Below, in pieces: positions 49,703 to 59,465 of a stretch of DNA of 64,000 nt. Under the pieces are notes generated by a model that saw nothing but the letters and a program-made list of their open reading frames with translations, had not been told where the DNA came from and ran no database searches. Source of the stretch: a virus; the IMG/VR virus record IMGVR_UViG_3300020411_003736, positions 66,381 through 130,380 of that record. One strand, written 5' to 3'. The position numbers and the translations under genes are program-made. Numbering within the stretch: the first letter of the stretch is position 1; every line of letters starts with the position of its first letter.

Positions 49703-51583
49703 CTATTCAGGAAATTCTGCACCAGTAGGTTGAACAACGAAATCTAATACAATAAATTCAGCAGTTTTAGTTGGTTGTAAAAATATCTGTCCAACTAACA
49801 TATTCCTATCAATAGTTTCAGGAGTATTATTAGTATCATCCATTACTACTCTGAAAGCATTCAGTCCACTATTTGCCTGAACAGTTTCTAAGAAAGGATT
49901 GACAGTATTTACGAATTGATTTCTCAAATCTGTAGTATTCTGTTCAAAAACCAATGTTTTTGAAGACCTGCTTACAAATTTCTTAACATCAATCAATAAT
50001 CTACGAACATTAATCCGATCCAAAGCACTTGCTTTCTTCTGTGTTGTCTTTTGTCCAAAAGCAGTAACACCTTGACCTGGAAAGGTAGCAATCGGATTCA
50101 CATTTGAATCGTATAAATCATCCCTTTGGGATTGTGATAATTTTTTGTATGCCTGAACAGCACTATCAATTCCACCCCTATTCAATCCAGCAGGTGCGAA
50201 CCAAGGTTGCCCAATCGTATCATTGAAATGATAGACACCAGCCATCACAACCGATGGTGGAACATATCTATAAGTTCCAAGCGAAGCATCTTGTATCTGT
50301 ACCCAAGGATAATAAGTAGCAGCGTAACTTGAATTACGAGCTTCTGTATTTGTTTTAGCATCAGCTACAGATGTTGTCTTACTTACATTATCATATACGA
50401 AGAAAGCATCTCCCCTATCTTCACACATCTGAATTGCTTTCTGTATCAAACCATTGTGTCCAACACCTATTTGATCGATAATACCAGGCATAAACAATAA
50501 GTTGAAATCATACTCATCTTTATTACTCAACATACTAATAGCTGTAGCATATCCACCACCAACAGCAGAAACTTGAACCGAATAATTAGAATTACCATCA
50601 CTATCAGCACCCAATTTGACACCTTGTGAATTAGTAGCAGTTATTGCGTCATACATTTTAAATGGATGTGAAACTTCATTACCAAAGTGACCACCATTAA
50701 ATGAACCACCCTCACTTCCACTACCAACTTTTGGTAGTGAACCTGAGAATGATGCTCCAGCATCACTTAAATTAACATTACCATCATCATCTAAATAATT
50801 AGGTGTTCTATGTGCTTCAGCAACATCACCAACGACTCTGACATATTTTGATTTATTTGGATAATCACCTGAATCTGCTAAATAAGCAACGCTAGCCTCT
50901 ACAGCAACAGTTTGTGTTCTATTTCCGATTCTCTTAGTCACATAATCAGGAGAGTTAGGATCTAAAGTTAAATTAGCATGAGTCTCAATAATCACCTTAC
51001 TTTTCTCTACATCATTACCCTGCCTAATCAATAATGTGAAAGTACCTTTCTTATCATTTATGCTTGATACCTCATATCTAAAATTATCAGCTCTACCACC
51101 TCTACTTCCACTATTAAAGTGGTCATTTTTATCAGCTCCATTACCTGGAATATGCCTTACTGGTTGAATTAACTGCGTCTCAGCAACAATTGAACCAGAA
51201 CTATTAAATTGTGTTCCATCACCCAAAGCTTCTAATGAAAAGGGGGAAGTTGATAAGTGATCACCACCTCTACCATCAAGAGAAGCACTAGCTTTACTTA
51301 AATTTGGTTCTCCTACTCTGACTATTGTACAAGGCCCACCTTGTTTTAAATATTCTTTAGCAGTATGTGATGTTAAATATTGGTAACTATTAGACCCACT
51401 ACTTATCACCTCACCGAATATCTGAACATATTCAGAATATGAACTTACTACGGTTGGTGTTAAAACCGGCCCCTTTACAGTTGGGCCTACTATTGCAGAT
51501 CCAATCGGACCAAGCGCGGCGGGTAGAAAACTCTGGTCTATCTCATTAGTATATACACCAGGACTTACAATTTTTTCAGCCAT
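49703..51583 (-). CDS. gp18: Tail sheath protein
   Basis: SPGVY..EID, YYPW, PWFAPAG.NRG, RINVRRL, FEQN, PTKTAEFI. Confidence 0.95.
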   Translation of the reverse strand: MAEKIVSPGVYTNEIDQSFLPAALGPIGSAIVGPTVKGPVLTPTVVSSYSEYVQIFGEVISSGSNSYQYLTSHTAKEYLKQGGPCTIVRVGEPNLSKASASLDGRGGDHLSTSPFSLEALGDGTQFNSSGSIVAETQLIQPVRHIPGNGADKNDHFNSGSRGGRADNFRYEVSSINDKKGTFTLLIRQGNDVEKSKVIIETHANLTLDPNSPDYVTKRIGNRTQTVAVEASVAYLADSGDYPNKSKYVRVVGDVAEAHRTPNYLDDDGNVNLSDAGASFSGSLPKVGSGSEGGSFNGGHFGNEVSHPFKMYDAITATNSQGVKLGADSDGNSNYSVQVSAVGGGYATAISMLSNKDEYDFNLLFMPGIIDQIGVGHNGLIQKAIQMCEDRGDAFFVYDNVSKTTSVADAKTNTEARNSSYAATYYPWVQIQDASLGTYRYVPPSVVMAGVYHFNDTIGQPWFAPAGLNRGGIDSAVQAYKKLSQSQRDDLYDSNVNPIATFPGQGVTAFGQKTTQKKASALDRINVRRLLIDVKKFVSRSSKTLVFEQNTTDLRNQFVNTVNPFLETVQANSGLNAFRVVMDDTNNTPETIDRNMLVGQIFLQPTKTAEFIVLDFVVQPTGAEFPE

Positions 51584-51637
51584 TTGTTATCTCCAAATAT
51601 ATCAATTTTAGGTGATTTTACATATTTTAATTCATAT

Positions 51638-51645
51638 ATAAATAT
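51638..51645 (-). promoter_or_regulatory. ATATTTAT late-promoter-like motif
   Basis: Upstream of gp18. Confidence 0.6.
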
Positions 51646-51678
51646 TAATCAAAAATTGAAAGACAATGACTGTTACTT

Positions 51679-51966
51679 TTATTTAGATTTTTTTTCTTCT
51701 ACTTCTGGTATAGGAATAAAAGTACCAGTAGCAGGATCTAATTGACCAGGACCATACTTAGCAGTAATTTCATCCAAAAGTTCTATCTCATTTTGTTGAG
51801 CTGTTTTTAATTGTTCCATCAAATCTAGCTCTTGTTTTTCAATATTCAATTGTGTTATTTTCATTTGTCCAAGAAGATTCGTAATTCTAGCATACTCTTG
51901 TTGTAAAGATTGTACTTTTTCTAAGTCTCCACTTTCAAATTTAATTTCTTTTTTAGCTTTTGCCAT
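51679..51966 (-). CDS. Small coiled-coil hypothetical protein
   Basis: Heptad pattern, KYG.G.LD..TG.F; GAGG RBS. Confidence 0.65.
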   Translation of the reverse strand: MAKAKKEIKFESGDLEKVQSLQQEYARITNLLGQMKITQLNIEKQELDLMEQLKTAQQNEIELLDEITAKYGPGQLDPATGTFIPIPEVEEKKSK

Positions 51967-52003
51967 CTATAACCTCATTGTTAATTTATATATACATATA
52001 TAA

Positions 52004-52846
52004 TTATAAAATTTTTTCGGAAAACGATACCTTTTTTGGTTTATATGCTCTATTCATTTCGGATGTTTTACCAAATACATTATCAGTAAATTCAGGTATC
52101 ATATACCCCTTAACAGTCATTGTAAATTCATTCCTTATTAGTCTCTCACCTGCATCTTCCATCTCAACCTCATTTGATATTCCACCACCCAAAGAAGTTA
52201 AGAATCTATAACTCGTTTGGTCTCCCCAATAAGTTTCTAAATGTTCTATCATAATAGTATTTAAATCATTCATCTGTTCCATATATGATGTCATCATAAC
52301 AATTGTATATTCACAAGTTACAAAATCTGGCATACCTGTTTTTACAAATTCCTCAACTGGTTTTTGTCCAGTCAATACTGAAAATCTATCATAACGATTA
52401 TTTTTACTCCAACCACTACTAGACCTAACCACATTAATAAATTTCCCTTTAACATCCATATCAAATGAAAGTGGCATATTATCATCAAATGCCAATGAAG
52501 TCCGTTTTATAACAATAGCAGGTAAGAGTATAGCACCATTTCTATCTCTAAGTGTTTGTCTATTTCTTATAGATTTCCATCTCTCCTCATTACCATAAAC
52601 TACTGGAACCTTAACTCTTTCATTAGCCTCTATAACAGTAGGTTTCATTATATTATTCATATGACTGATAATAGCAGTATCAATATCTTTTAATCCAATT
52701 TGATAACCCTTACCAGCATCCTTACCACCAGGCTTTTTTATAACAACTTTAGCATTACCTTTTTCTGAACGAATACTAGTTTGTTCGGCACGATTTATAT
52801 TAGATTTATATCCAGCATTTGGATTTGTTATCGGTTTAATTGCCAC
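52004..52846 (-). CDS. Tail completion/sheath stabilizer (gp15-like)
   Basis: VPVVYG..ERW, LP.I; lies between neck and sheath genes. Confidence 0.7.
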   Translation of the reverse strand: MAIKPITNPNAGYKSNINRAEQTSIRSEKGNAKVVIKKPGGKDAGKGYQIGLKDIDTAIISHMNNIMKPTVIEANERVKVPVVYGNEERWKSIRNRQTLRDRNGAILLPAIVIKRTSLAFDDNMPLSFDMDVKGKFINVVRSSSGWSKNNRYDRFSVLTGQKPVEEFVKTGMPDFVTCEYTIVMMTSYMEQMNDLNTIMIEHLETYWGDQTSYRFLTSLGGGISNEVEMEDAGERLIRNEFTMTVKGYMIPEFTDNVFGKTSEMNRAYKPKKVSFSEKIL

Positions 52847-53285
52847 TTCTTAATTTCCTTAACTTATCTAATTTATTTTCTGACTTATTTTCATATTCTT
52901 CAGATTCTAATTTATTAGAATTTACATCACCAATTTTTAATTGTTTTTTAACATCAACATCAACAGCTTTTAATTCACCATTACTATTTTCAGAACTATT
53001 AGATTCCCCATAAATATTTTTTGTTTTCAATAAACCAAGTATTTCATCCATCTTTTTATCAATTTTATTAGCACTATCATCGGTTTCTTCAGGTGGTGTT
53101 CCAACTTTTTGATTTAGTTGGTATGGTTGTAACGCCCCCTGACCAAGAATAATCTCCCCAGTCTCTTCATTCACCCAAAGTTCTTTTTCTAATTTTTCTA
53201 CTGCCATTTGTAAAAGGGGATTTGTTTGTTTATCTCTAACGATAGGTCTTGGTTCTTGTTTGCCATTTGATGTTTTTTGATACAT
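52836..53285 (-). CDS. Hypothetical protein with C-terminal VDVxVKK...DKLxxLRSG motif
   Basis: 149 aa, tightly packed in the neck operon. Confidence 0.65.
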   Translation of the reverse strand: MYQKTSNGKQEPRPIVRDKQTNPLLQMAVEKLEKELWVNEETGEIILGQGALQPYQLNQKVGTPPEETDDSANKIDKKMDEILGLLKTKNIYGESNSSENSNGELKAVDVDVKKQLKIGDVNSNKLESEEYENKSENKLDKLRKLRSGN

Positions 53286-53286
53286 A

Positions 53287-53763
53287 TCATTTTGTTCGTT
53301 GTTCTATTTGTAAATTTGATTCTCTACTACGATGTGCGGTAGCTTTAATCGCATGATTAAAACTCGGATGCCCACCAATCAGTTGTGGTTCGGTTACTCC
53401 GTTGATTTCCCAATAGTGATTATTCCAATCACATATATCACTAGCTTCAGGATAAAAATTCAAACTACCACTTGCCAAATTATTTCTTTGAAACATTAAT
53501 TCTATTGATGAATTTACATCAGTGCCAATTTCTTGAAATTGTGAAGTTTCTGGTGCATTATATCTAATCAAACAATTAACTCTAAAACCCACATTATAAT
53601 ATTTTGTTGAACTTTCTCCATATATATTTGAATTTGTATGATCAACATTGAGTTTATATATATCAACTGTTTGACCAACCATTTCATCGATTAACTCTTC
53701 ATTCATCGAATCAATTAAACTTATTTCCTTAGTTGATATAAATAATGGTCTAGTAGCAGACAT
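53287..53763 (-). CDS. Neck/head closure protein (gp14-like)
   Basis: E.I...GQ.V..Y, N.YGE, P...D; follows the gp13-like gene. Confidence 0.7.
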   Translation of the reverse strand: MSATRPLFISTKEISLIDSMNEELIDEMVGQTVDIYKLNVDHTNSNIYGESSTKYYNVGFRVNCLIRYNAPETSQFQEIGTDVNSSIELMFQRNNLASGSLNFYPEASDICDWNNHYWEINGVTEPQLIGGHPSFNHAIKATAHRSRESNLQIEQRTK

Positions 53764-53767
53764 CTAA

Positions 53768-54943
53768 CTATCCTATATAAATTGGTAATGGTGCTTTAGC
53801 CAATACCTCTTGCTGTGCATTTGCTTCTTCAGCTTCATTTCTTAATTTTTCTGTCAAACTAACTGACTCTAAAAATTCTTTCAATTCTTCTAATAACTGT
53901 GTTTTTTCCTCTCTACCTTCAGTTTTCAGAGCTTCACCATCTAATGTTACTTCCCCATCAGGTATAGGCATAGAACTATATTTACTTCGTATGATACCTA
54001 ATAATTCCTTTGCCAAAGCTGCAGTAAACTTCCTAATCCATTGTCTACCAGAAGCATTTATTGAACTATAAGTTATAAATTTATAAGGTACATTTGATGG
54101 ATCTGATACACCACCTTGCATTGAACCACTTAAATTATTTGTATCTCTAATATCATCCTTTACATGATAATCAAAATATATTTTATTTCCATCATCATCA
54201 GTTTGTGGTACTGGAAAAATTCTTAAATTATTATTGTTTATCTCAAAAGAGTAAGCGCTCTTTCTTACTATATCTGATGTTTCTATTTGATTAGCTCTAA
54301 CTAAATCTTGAGATATTGGTCTCAATATAAAAGATATAGCAGGTGAGACATTACCAAATCCAAAACTATCCAATAAAGTCCTTTGGTCGAATGAACCAGC
54401 ATATGGATCATAAAATCTCGTTATAGCTGCTGGTCTGTCATTATATACTCTCTGTACTTCAATTCTTTTACTACTTTCGCTCACATCAGCCCAAACATCT
54501 TGTAAATCATAAACTTGCTTTGAACTCGTCAAAGTTATATATCCCTTTTTCAATTCCACATTACCACCGACATTTGCAAGTGTACCATACTTTTCAGATA
54601 ATTGTACAGATGGACCAACTGATGGTGTTATTGGATTAGCAGAACCAGTCCCTATAGAACCTGATATTCTATTCTTTTCACCATATTGTTCCCACATCCA
54701 ATTCTTGATATTGTAATTATTGATATGTTGTGAGTATTCATTTATTGCTTCTTCAAAACAAGCATAAAAAGAACCACTTGGCATTTCAAGTTGTAATACA
54801 GGATATCCTAATCTTTTAGCACACCACTTAGTTACTGCAACAATATCAGTTTGAAATGTGGTGTCAGCATCATAAGTCCCATATGGTGTTTCACCAGATG
54901 AGAAGGATGATGGATCGTTATAAGCATAATCTAATTTTGGCAT
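53768..54943 (-). CDS. Neck protein (gp13-like)
   Basis: RLGYP...E, WIRKF..ALAKE.LG.IRSKY...P.P...VTL.G, C-terminal P.YIG. Confidence 0.85.
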   Translation of the reverse strand: MPKLDYAYNDPSSFSSGETPYGTYDADTTFQTDIVAVTKWCAKRLGYPVLQLEMPSGSFYACFEEAINEYSQHINNYNIKNWMWEQYGEKNRISGSIGTGSANPITPSVGPSVQLSEKYGTLANVGGNVELKKGYITLTSSKQVYDLQDVWADVSESSKRIEVQRVYNDRPAAITRFYDPYAGSFDQRTLLDSFGFGNVSPAISFILRPISQDLVRANQIETSDIVRKSAYSFEINNNNLRIFPVPQTDDDGNKIYFDYHVKDDIRDTNNLSGSMQGGVSDPSNVPYKFITYSSINASGRQWIRKFTAALAKELLGIIRSKYSSMPIPDGEVTLDGEALKTEGREEKTQLLEELKEFLESVSLTEKLRNEAEEANAQQEVLAKAPLPIYIG

Positions 54944-54961
54944 ATATGTTTTCTCCTAACT

Positions 54962-54969
54962 ATAAATAT
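54962..54969 (-). promoter_or_regulatory. ATATTTAT late-promoter-like motif
   Basis: Between the capsid terminator and the gp13 AGGAG RBS. Confidence 0.6.
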
Positions 54970-54984
54970 AGAATTCAAGAAAAC

Positions 54985-55014
54985 AAAAAGGGGAAACCGA
55001 AGCTTCCCCTTTTT
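54985..55014 (-). terminator. Rho-independent terminator after major capsid gene, C(UUCG)G tetraloop
   Basis: AAAAAGGGGAAGC-UUCG-GUUUCCCCUUUUU on the minus strand. Confidence 0.9.
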
Positions 55015-55040
55015 AGGATCATTAAGAATTCAATGATTTA

Positions 55041-56684
55041 TTAAATGGTATCCAAAGCGGAACACTTAATTAAACCATAAAACTCAGGTCGAATCATCTT
55101 CTTAGCGTAACGAGTCATCACACCTTTTCTTGGTGTAAAATCAGAAGGATCATACACTAGAGGTGTTGTGATTAACGGTACATAAGGTGAATAGACAGCA
55201 CCAGTTTCTAAGAAGTTACTTCCACGGAATCCAACCAATATTTGGTTTTCACTCATGTAAGGGTTCTTATAAACTGTGTATCTACCAGCAGCTTGACCGA
55301 CTTTTGAGACACCCATAGCGAATTGAGCTTGTGCAGCATCACCATCGCCAGGCTGACTTACATAGCCAGGTAATGATTCAAGAATTGTAGCAATCTTAGG
55401 ACCAACTACAACAAAATTAGCACCACCACGTAGTGTTAATCTGTGAATCTCATTAGAGACTTTCTGAATCTTAGCTACTAATGTTTGATACCACTCAAAT
55501 TTCGTACCATAGAATGTATCAGTTACGAAATCAGATGTAGCAGAATCATACACTTTACCCACAGCAGCTGACCAGTAATCAACTGTTACAGCATCAGCAA
55601 TCAACATATCAAGGATTTCCAAATCAATTTCCATTGAGATGTAATCACTCAACATAGAAGTCAATTCAGCTTCTGCATCAATTGAATGATAAGCGTTAAG
55701 ATCTTGAGCAAGCTCAGGTGACCAAACAGCTTTCAATTTACGGGTTTTAGCAACAATAGGTAGAGACCTAAGTTCTAAGTTCACTTCTGGTATGTTCAAA
55801 GTATCTTGAGTAGCATTACCAACTCTATCTTCAAAATCACCACGTGTAGCAGCTTCTGGTTGTTTTGGATATGTTATATTCCAAGAACCATCAGCATCAC
55901 CAGCATCTGAAGCAGATACAATCATCTGTATCTTTGAACCATTTTCAATTATTTGATTGAATTGTGGTACATTAACAGCTCCATTTGATCCACCATCAAT
56001 AACCCAAGCTCTTACAGAAGCTTTATCAGGTCTTGTAAGGCCAGAAATACTAGCTGTTACACGCCAAAGTGCGGTTGTGCCAAGACTACTAGCAGACATC
56101 TCAGAATCGAAATCGATATCTTTAAAAGATGCTGTAGCAAGAGTGCCAGTACCATTATCATCATGACCAAAGGTTACTGCTTTGAAAGATGAACTACCAT
56201 CGGAATAGCCATATTGACCTACACCATAAAATCCACCTTCACCATAAGGTGCGGAAGATCCAGAAGGTGAGTTAGGACCAGTTTTACCATGAAGAGGATC
56301 ATTTAGGGCCTTACCATTAAGGGCAGTACCATATTTGAAATCAAGGTAGAAAACAAGACCAGAAGGTAAGTTCATCGGTTGAACAGAAACTAATTCCTGT
56401 GCAACAATGTTACCGAAAACACGTCTTACCAAAGGAAGAGCAACACCAGACCATTCTTCATCACCTACACCAGCACCAGCTGATGGAGATGTTTTTGAGT
56501 TCTCAGAAATCAATTGACGAGCCTGGTTTTCTAGCAATACAGCCATACCAGAGCGTTGCCACTCATTTTCCATTCCCTCTAAAAGTCCAGATTTCTCCCA
56601 TTTGGTAACGAGTTTTGCTGACTCTTCTTTCTGCTTCCTCATAGGGGAAGGATCGAGAAGAGATTCGTTTACATAATTACTCAT
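55041..56684 (-). CDS. gp23: Major capsid protein
   Basis: LPLVRRVF, VQPM..P.GL.F, AKTRKLKA.W..ELAQDL, Y.PYVPL, P.KG.MTRY. Confidence 0.96.
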   Translation of the reverse strand: MSNYVNESLLDPSPMRKQKEESAKLVTKWEKSGLLEGMENEWQRSGMAVLLENQARQLISENSKTSPSAGAGVGDEEWSGVALPLVRRVFGNIVAQELVSVQPMNLPSGLVFYLDFKYGTALNGKALNDPLHGKTGPNSPSGSSAPYGEGGFYGVGQYGYSDGSSSFKAVTFGHDDNGTGTLATASFKDIDFDSEMSASSLGTTALWRVTASISGLTRPDKASVRAWVIDGGSNGAVNVPQFNQIIENGSKIQMIVSASDAGDADGSWNITYPKQPEAATRGDFEDRVGNATQDTLNIPEVNLELRSLPIVAKTRKLKAVWSPELAQDLNAYHSIDAEAELTSMLSDYISMEIDLEILDMLIADAVTVDYWSAAVGKVYDSATSDFVTDTFYGTKFEWYQTLVAKIQKVSNEIHRLTLRGGANFVVVGPKIATILESLPGYVSQPGDGDAAQAQFAMGVSKVGQAAGRYTVYKNPYMSENQILVGFRGSNFLETGAVYSPYVPLITTPLVYDPSDFTPRKGVMTRYAKKMIRPEFYGLIKCSALDTI

Positions 56685-56707
56685 TTGTCGTTCTCCAAAT
56701 TAAAAGA

Positions 56708-57808
56708 TTAATTTTTTAGGATTCCAGCTAATTTCTTAAAGCGTGATGCAACTTCACTTTCTTCTGTGATAATTTTCTTAGAAGTAGGTTTAGTTGAACC
56801 AGTTTTACGACTAGCTGCTTCTTGAACACTGCGCGACTTCACTTCATTATTTTCTTTCTGCATAGATTCTGCAAGTGTCGAATAAACTAACTTAATTTCA
56901 CGAGTTGTTTGAGCTCTATCAAAGGTCTCAACAATTTTAAGTTTTTGTTCATTAGTCAATGCATACTCTTTGAAAAGTTTATTTGTGTAAAGTAGTTTAG
57001 CATTCAAAATGTTAACTTCATGAAGCTTTTCACGTAAAAATGTGACAGCTTCCTTGTATTCATTAAGCTCAGATTGCAAATATTCAACCTGTTCGTGAAC
57101 TTGACCTTTACCAGGATCTTCTTCATCAGAAGCAGAAGCTTGTTTAACTTGGTTGTCACCTTTTCCGATATTGGAAGAACTAGATTGTTCATCAATTTCT
57201 TCTTCTTCATCTTCTTCTTCGGTTACAACTTCTTCTTCTACTTTTTCGTTGTAAGCTTGTACTTGGTTTCCAGATTTTTTTCGCTTTTCAGCTCTAGTAC
57301 CGGAATACTCTTCAAGCTCTTCATCTTCATCTCCTTCACTAACAGTCTCTTCATCAGATTCTTCAGTTTCAGAAATTTCCTGCTCAAGTTCTTTAATCAC
57401 AGCTTCAAGATCAAGATTTTCTTCGCCATCAAATTCTTCTTCATCATCCATAGGCATTTCTTCATCTTCTTCAGCTACGACTGGGGCATATTTAACGCCA
57501 TCAATTTCAATGATTTCAGATTCATCTACTTCTTCATCATCCATAGGTGCTTCATCATCCATTTCCATATCATCCATAGGTGCTTCTTCTTCTCCGTAAC
57601 GAGCCATATCTTCAGCATCCATCTCTTCATCATCTACAGCCACTTCCATTTCATCTTCATCTTCCATATCATCTTCAGCTAATTTAGCGGACAACATAGA
57701 TTTAAGTTGTGGAGCGAATGCTTCTTGAAGAGCGATTTTAGCGTTTTCTAATGCGGTTTCACGAACTGCTTTAGCATCTGCAATAGCTTCTTTAAGCAAA
57801 TCAGACAT
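56708..57808 (-). CDS. Prohead core scaffold protein
   Basis: Very acidic, Glu-rich coiled coil directly upstream of gp23; C-terminal RFKKLAGI. Confidence 0.8.
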   Translation of the reverse strand: MSDLLKEAIADAKAVRETALENAKIALQEAFAPQLKSMLSAKLAEDDMEDEDEMEVAVDDEEMDAEDMARYGEEEAPMDDMEMDDEAPMDDEEVDESEIIEIDGVKYAPVVAEEDEEMPMDDEEEFDGEENLDLEAVIKELEQEISETEESDEETVSEGDEDEELEEYSGTRAEKRKKSGNQVQAYNEKVEEEVVTEEEDEEEEIDEQSSSSNIGKGDNQVKQASASDEEDPGKGQVHEQVEYLQSELNEYKEAVTFLREKLHEVNILNAKLLYTNKLFKEYALTNEQKLKIVETFDRAQTTREIKLVYSTLAESMQKENNEVKSRSVQEAASRKTGSTKPTSKKIITEESEVASRFKKLAGILKN

Positions 57809-57914
57809 ATTATTGTCTCCATATATGTTTTATATTGGAATAAAGTTATTTTGGAACTTTAATAGAGGTTTCTATTTTTAGACACCATATCAACCATGGT
57901 GTATTGAGGTATAT

Positions 57915-57922
57915 ATAAATAT
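57915..57922 (-). promoter_or_regulatory. ATATTTAT late-promoter-like motif
   Basis: Upstream of the scaffold/capsid leader. Confidence 0.55.
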
Positions 57923-57926
57923 AAAA

Positions 57927-58166
57927 TTAATTAGAAAAAGAAGCTTTTAAATGTTTTTTTCTTAGAATCAAACTCTTAGCTTTTTTTCTTTTAGTAACAG
58001 ATGGTTTCTCATAAAAGCTTCTATCTTTTATCTCTTTCATCAAACCTGACAACTTTACATTCTTTTTGAATCTTCTTAACATAGAATCCACTGTTTCGTT
58101 TTTCTTTGCTTCTATATGAAGTCTTATATGTTTTATTTTTTTTAACTCTTTATCTTTTTTATTCAT
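57927..58166 (-). CDS. rpsU: Ribosomal protein bS21 (phage-encoded)
   Basis: MLRRFKK.V..SG...EIK.R.FYEKPS..RK signature. Confidence 0.88.
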   Translation of the reverse strand: MNKKDKELKKIKHIRLHIEAKKNETVDSMLRRFKKNVKLSGLMKEIKDRSFYEKPSVTKRKKAKSLILRKKHLKASFSN

Positions 58167-58435
58167 TAGAAAAAATCTTTATATTTTACATTTTCCATTG
58201 TCACCAACTTATTCGATATTTGTTGTTTGATATATCTATCAGCCAAATGTTTCTCTCTACCATATTTAGCTTTATCCCACTTCTTCTGTAATGATGGTGG
58301 TAAATCAGTCTCATTCAACCCATTATTTATAAATGAAGCAATTCTTCTAGAATCAACATTTGGTATCTTACGATATCTAAATTCCTCTAAAGTCTTTAAC
58401 CACTTAGTAACCTCTTTAATTGTCACTTTCTTCAT
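58166..58435 (-). CDS. Hypothetical protein
   Basis: 89 aa, coupled between the actin-like gene and bS21. Confidence 0.65.
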   Translation of the reverse strand: MKKVTIKEVTKWLKTLEEFRYRKIPNVDSRRIASFINNGLNETDLPPSLQKKWDKAKYGREKHLADRYIKQQISNKLVTMENVKYKDFF

Positions 58436-59465
58436 TTTCTTCCTCTACCAACATAGCTTCCGATAAACATCCTCTCGAAACAGCTGTATGGGCATCTTCA
58501 ATTAATATAATTTCTTTAATTGGAATCGGAAATGTATCTTGGTCGAATTGTTCATTGAACACATCCACAAATCCTTTAACCAATGATGTTCCCCCACCTA
58601 TAACTATTGGTACAGGTTCAGGAAAATTAGGTACATTTTCAACACCTTCAAACTGAACTTTTAGGTTCGTTAATAAATAGTTGATAAGAGCACCATAATA
58701 AGAACGAAGCGCAATTAAAATGTTAGCTTCTTCCGAACCCTCATCATAGATATTATCAATATGTGATTTAGATATATCTAAAGTATTTGAATTTTCTTTT
58801 ATGCTTGTTACTTTTGCAACAGGTGAGCCTGTATCCATAGCCACATTTGAATCAACCCAATCACCACCTCTGGCAACACTAAAAGATAAAGCAGTCATTC
58901 CTTGATACATAACAGCAACATTACACATACCAGCACCCATTGATATCGATACTCCAGTTAAAGCACTATCCACCAATCCCTCATATCCTAATGCCACAGC
59001 CTCTTCAATCACTTTAACCTCATAACCATACTGTTCAATAATAGTTTTCAATACATCTTCATGATAACTCACTTCTCTATTTTCATCAATTGGTTTTGCA
59101 GGTATGCAATATACGCAAACTTCTTTATTAGTTTTACCTTTCTGTTTTTTTGCTTTACCTAAAATCTCACCAACGATAGCATTCAATACTGGAAGAGCAT
59201 CATTTTCAGATGGATTTAATAATCCACTTTTCATTGGTCTTCTTAATGTTGATGTGCTAAATATTTGAGCATAATTAAATGCATGTTGACCAACTATATG
59301 TACCTTACCACTCTTCTCCACATAAGGTATCTTTTGTCTTGCCAACATTCTCTTAACCTGTGAAGTCTCTCCTTCAACAGTTAAAAAAGCATTTCTCTGT
59401 TTTTTGATTTTCTTTTCTCTAGCTGCGATATAAAATGATGTCCCGCAATCTAATCCTACACTCAT
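58416..59465 (-). CDS. Actin-fold ATPase (volactin/MamK/FtsA-like)
   Basis: GLDCGTS (phosphate 1), EEAVA (connect 1), SMGAGM (phosphate 2), ARGGD, IGGGTS (adenosine), AVSRG (connect 2). Confidence 0.88.
   Translation of the reverse strand: MSVGLDCGTSFYIAAREKKIKKQRNAFLTVEGETSQVKRMLARQKIPYVEKSGKVHIVGQHAFNYAQIFSTSTLRRPMKSGLLNPSENDALPVLNAIVGEILGKAKKQKGKTNKEVCVYCIPAKPIDENREVSYHEDVLKTIIEQYGYEVKVIEEAVALGYEGLVDSALTGVSISMGAGMCNVAVMYQGMTALSFSVARGGDWVDSNVAMDTGSPVAKVTSIKENSNTLDISKSHIDNIYDEGSEEANILIALRSYYGALINYLLTNLKVQFEGVENVPNFPEPVPIVIGGGTSLVKGFVDVFNEQFDQDTFPIPIKEIILIEDAHTAVSRGCLSEAMLVEEENEESDN

Noticed and set aside
57440-57680. Short imperfect repeats (catccatagg) in the scaffold gene
   Set aside because: Explained by the acidic EAPMDD low-complexity protein sequence
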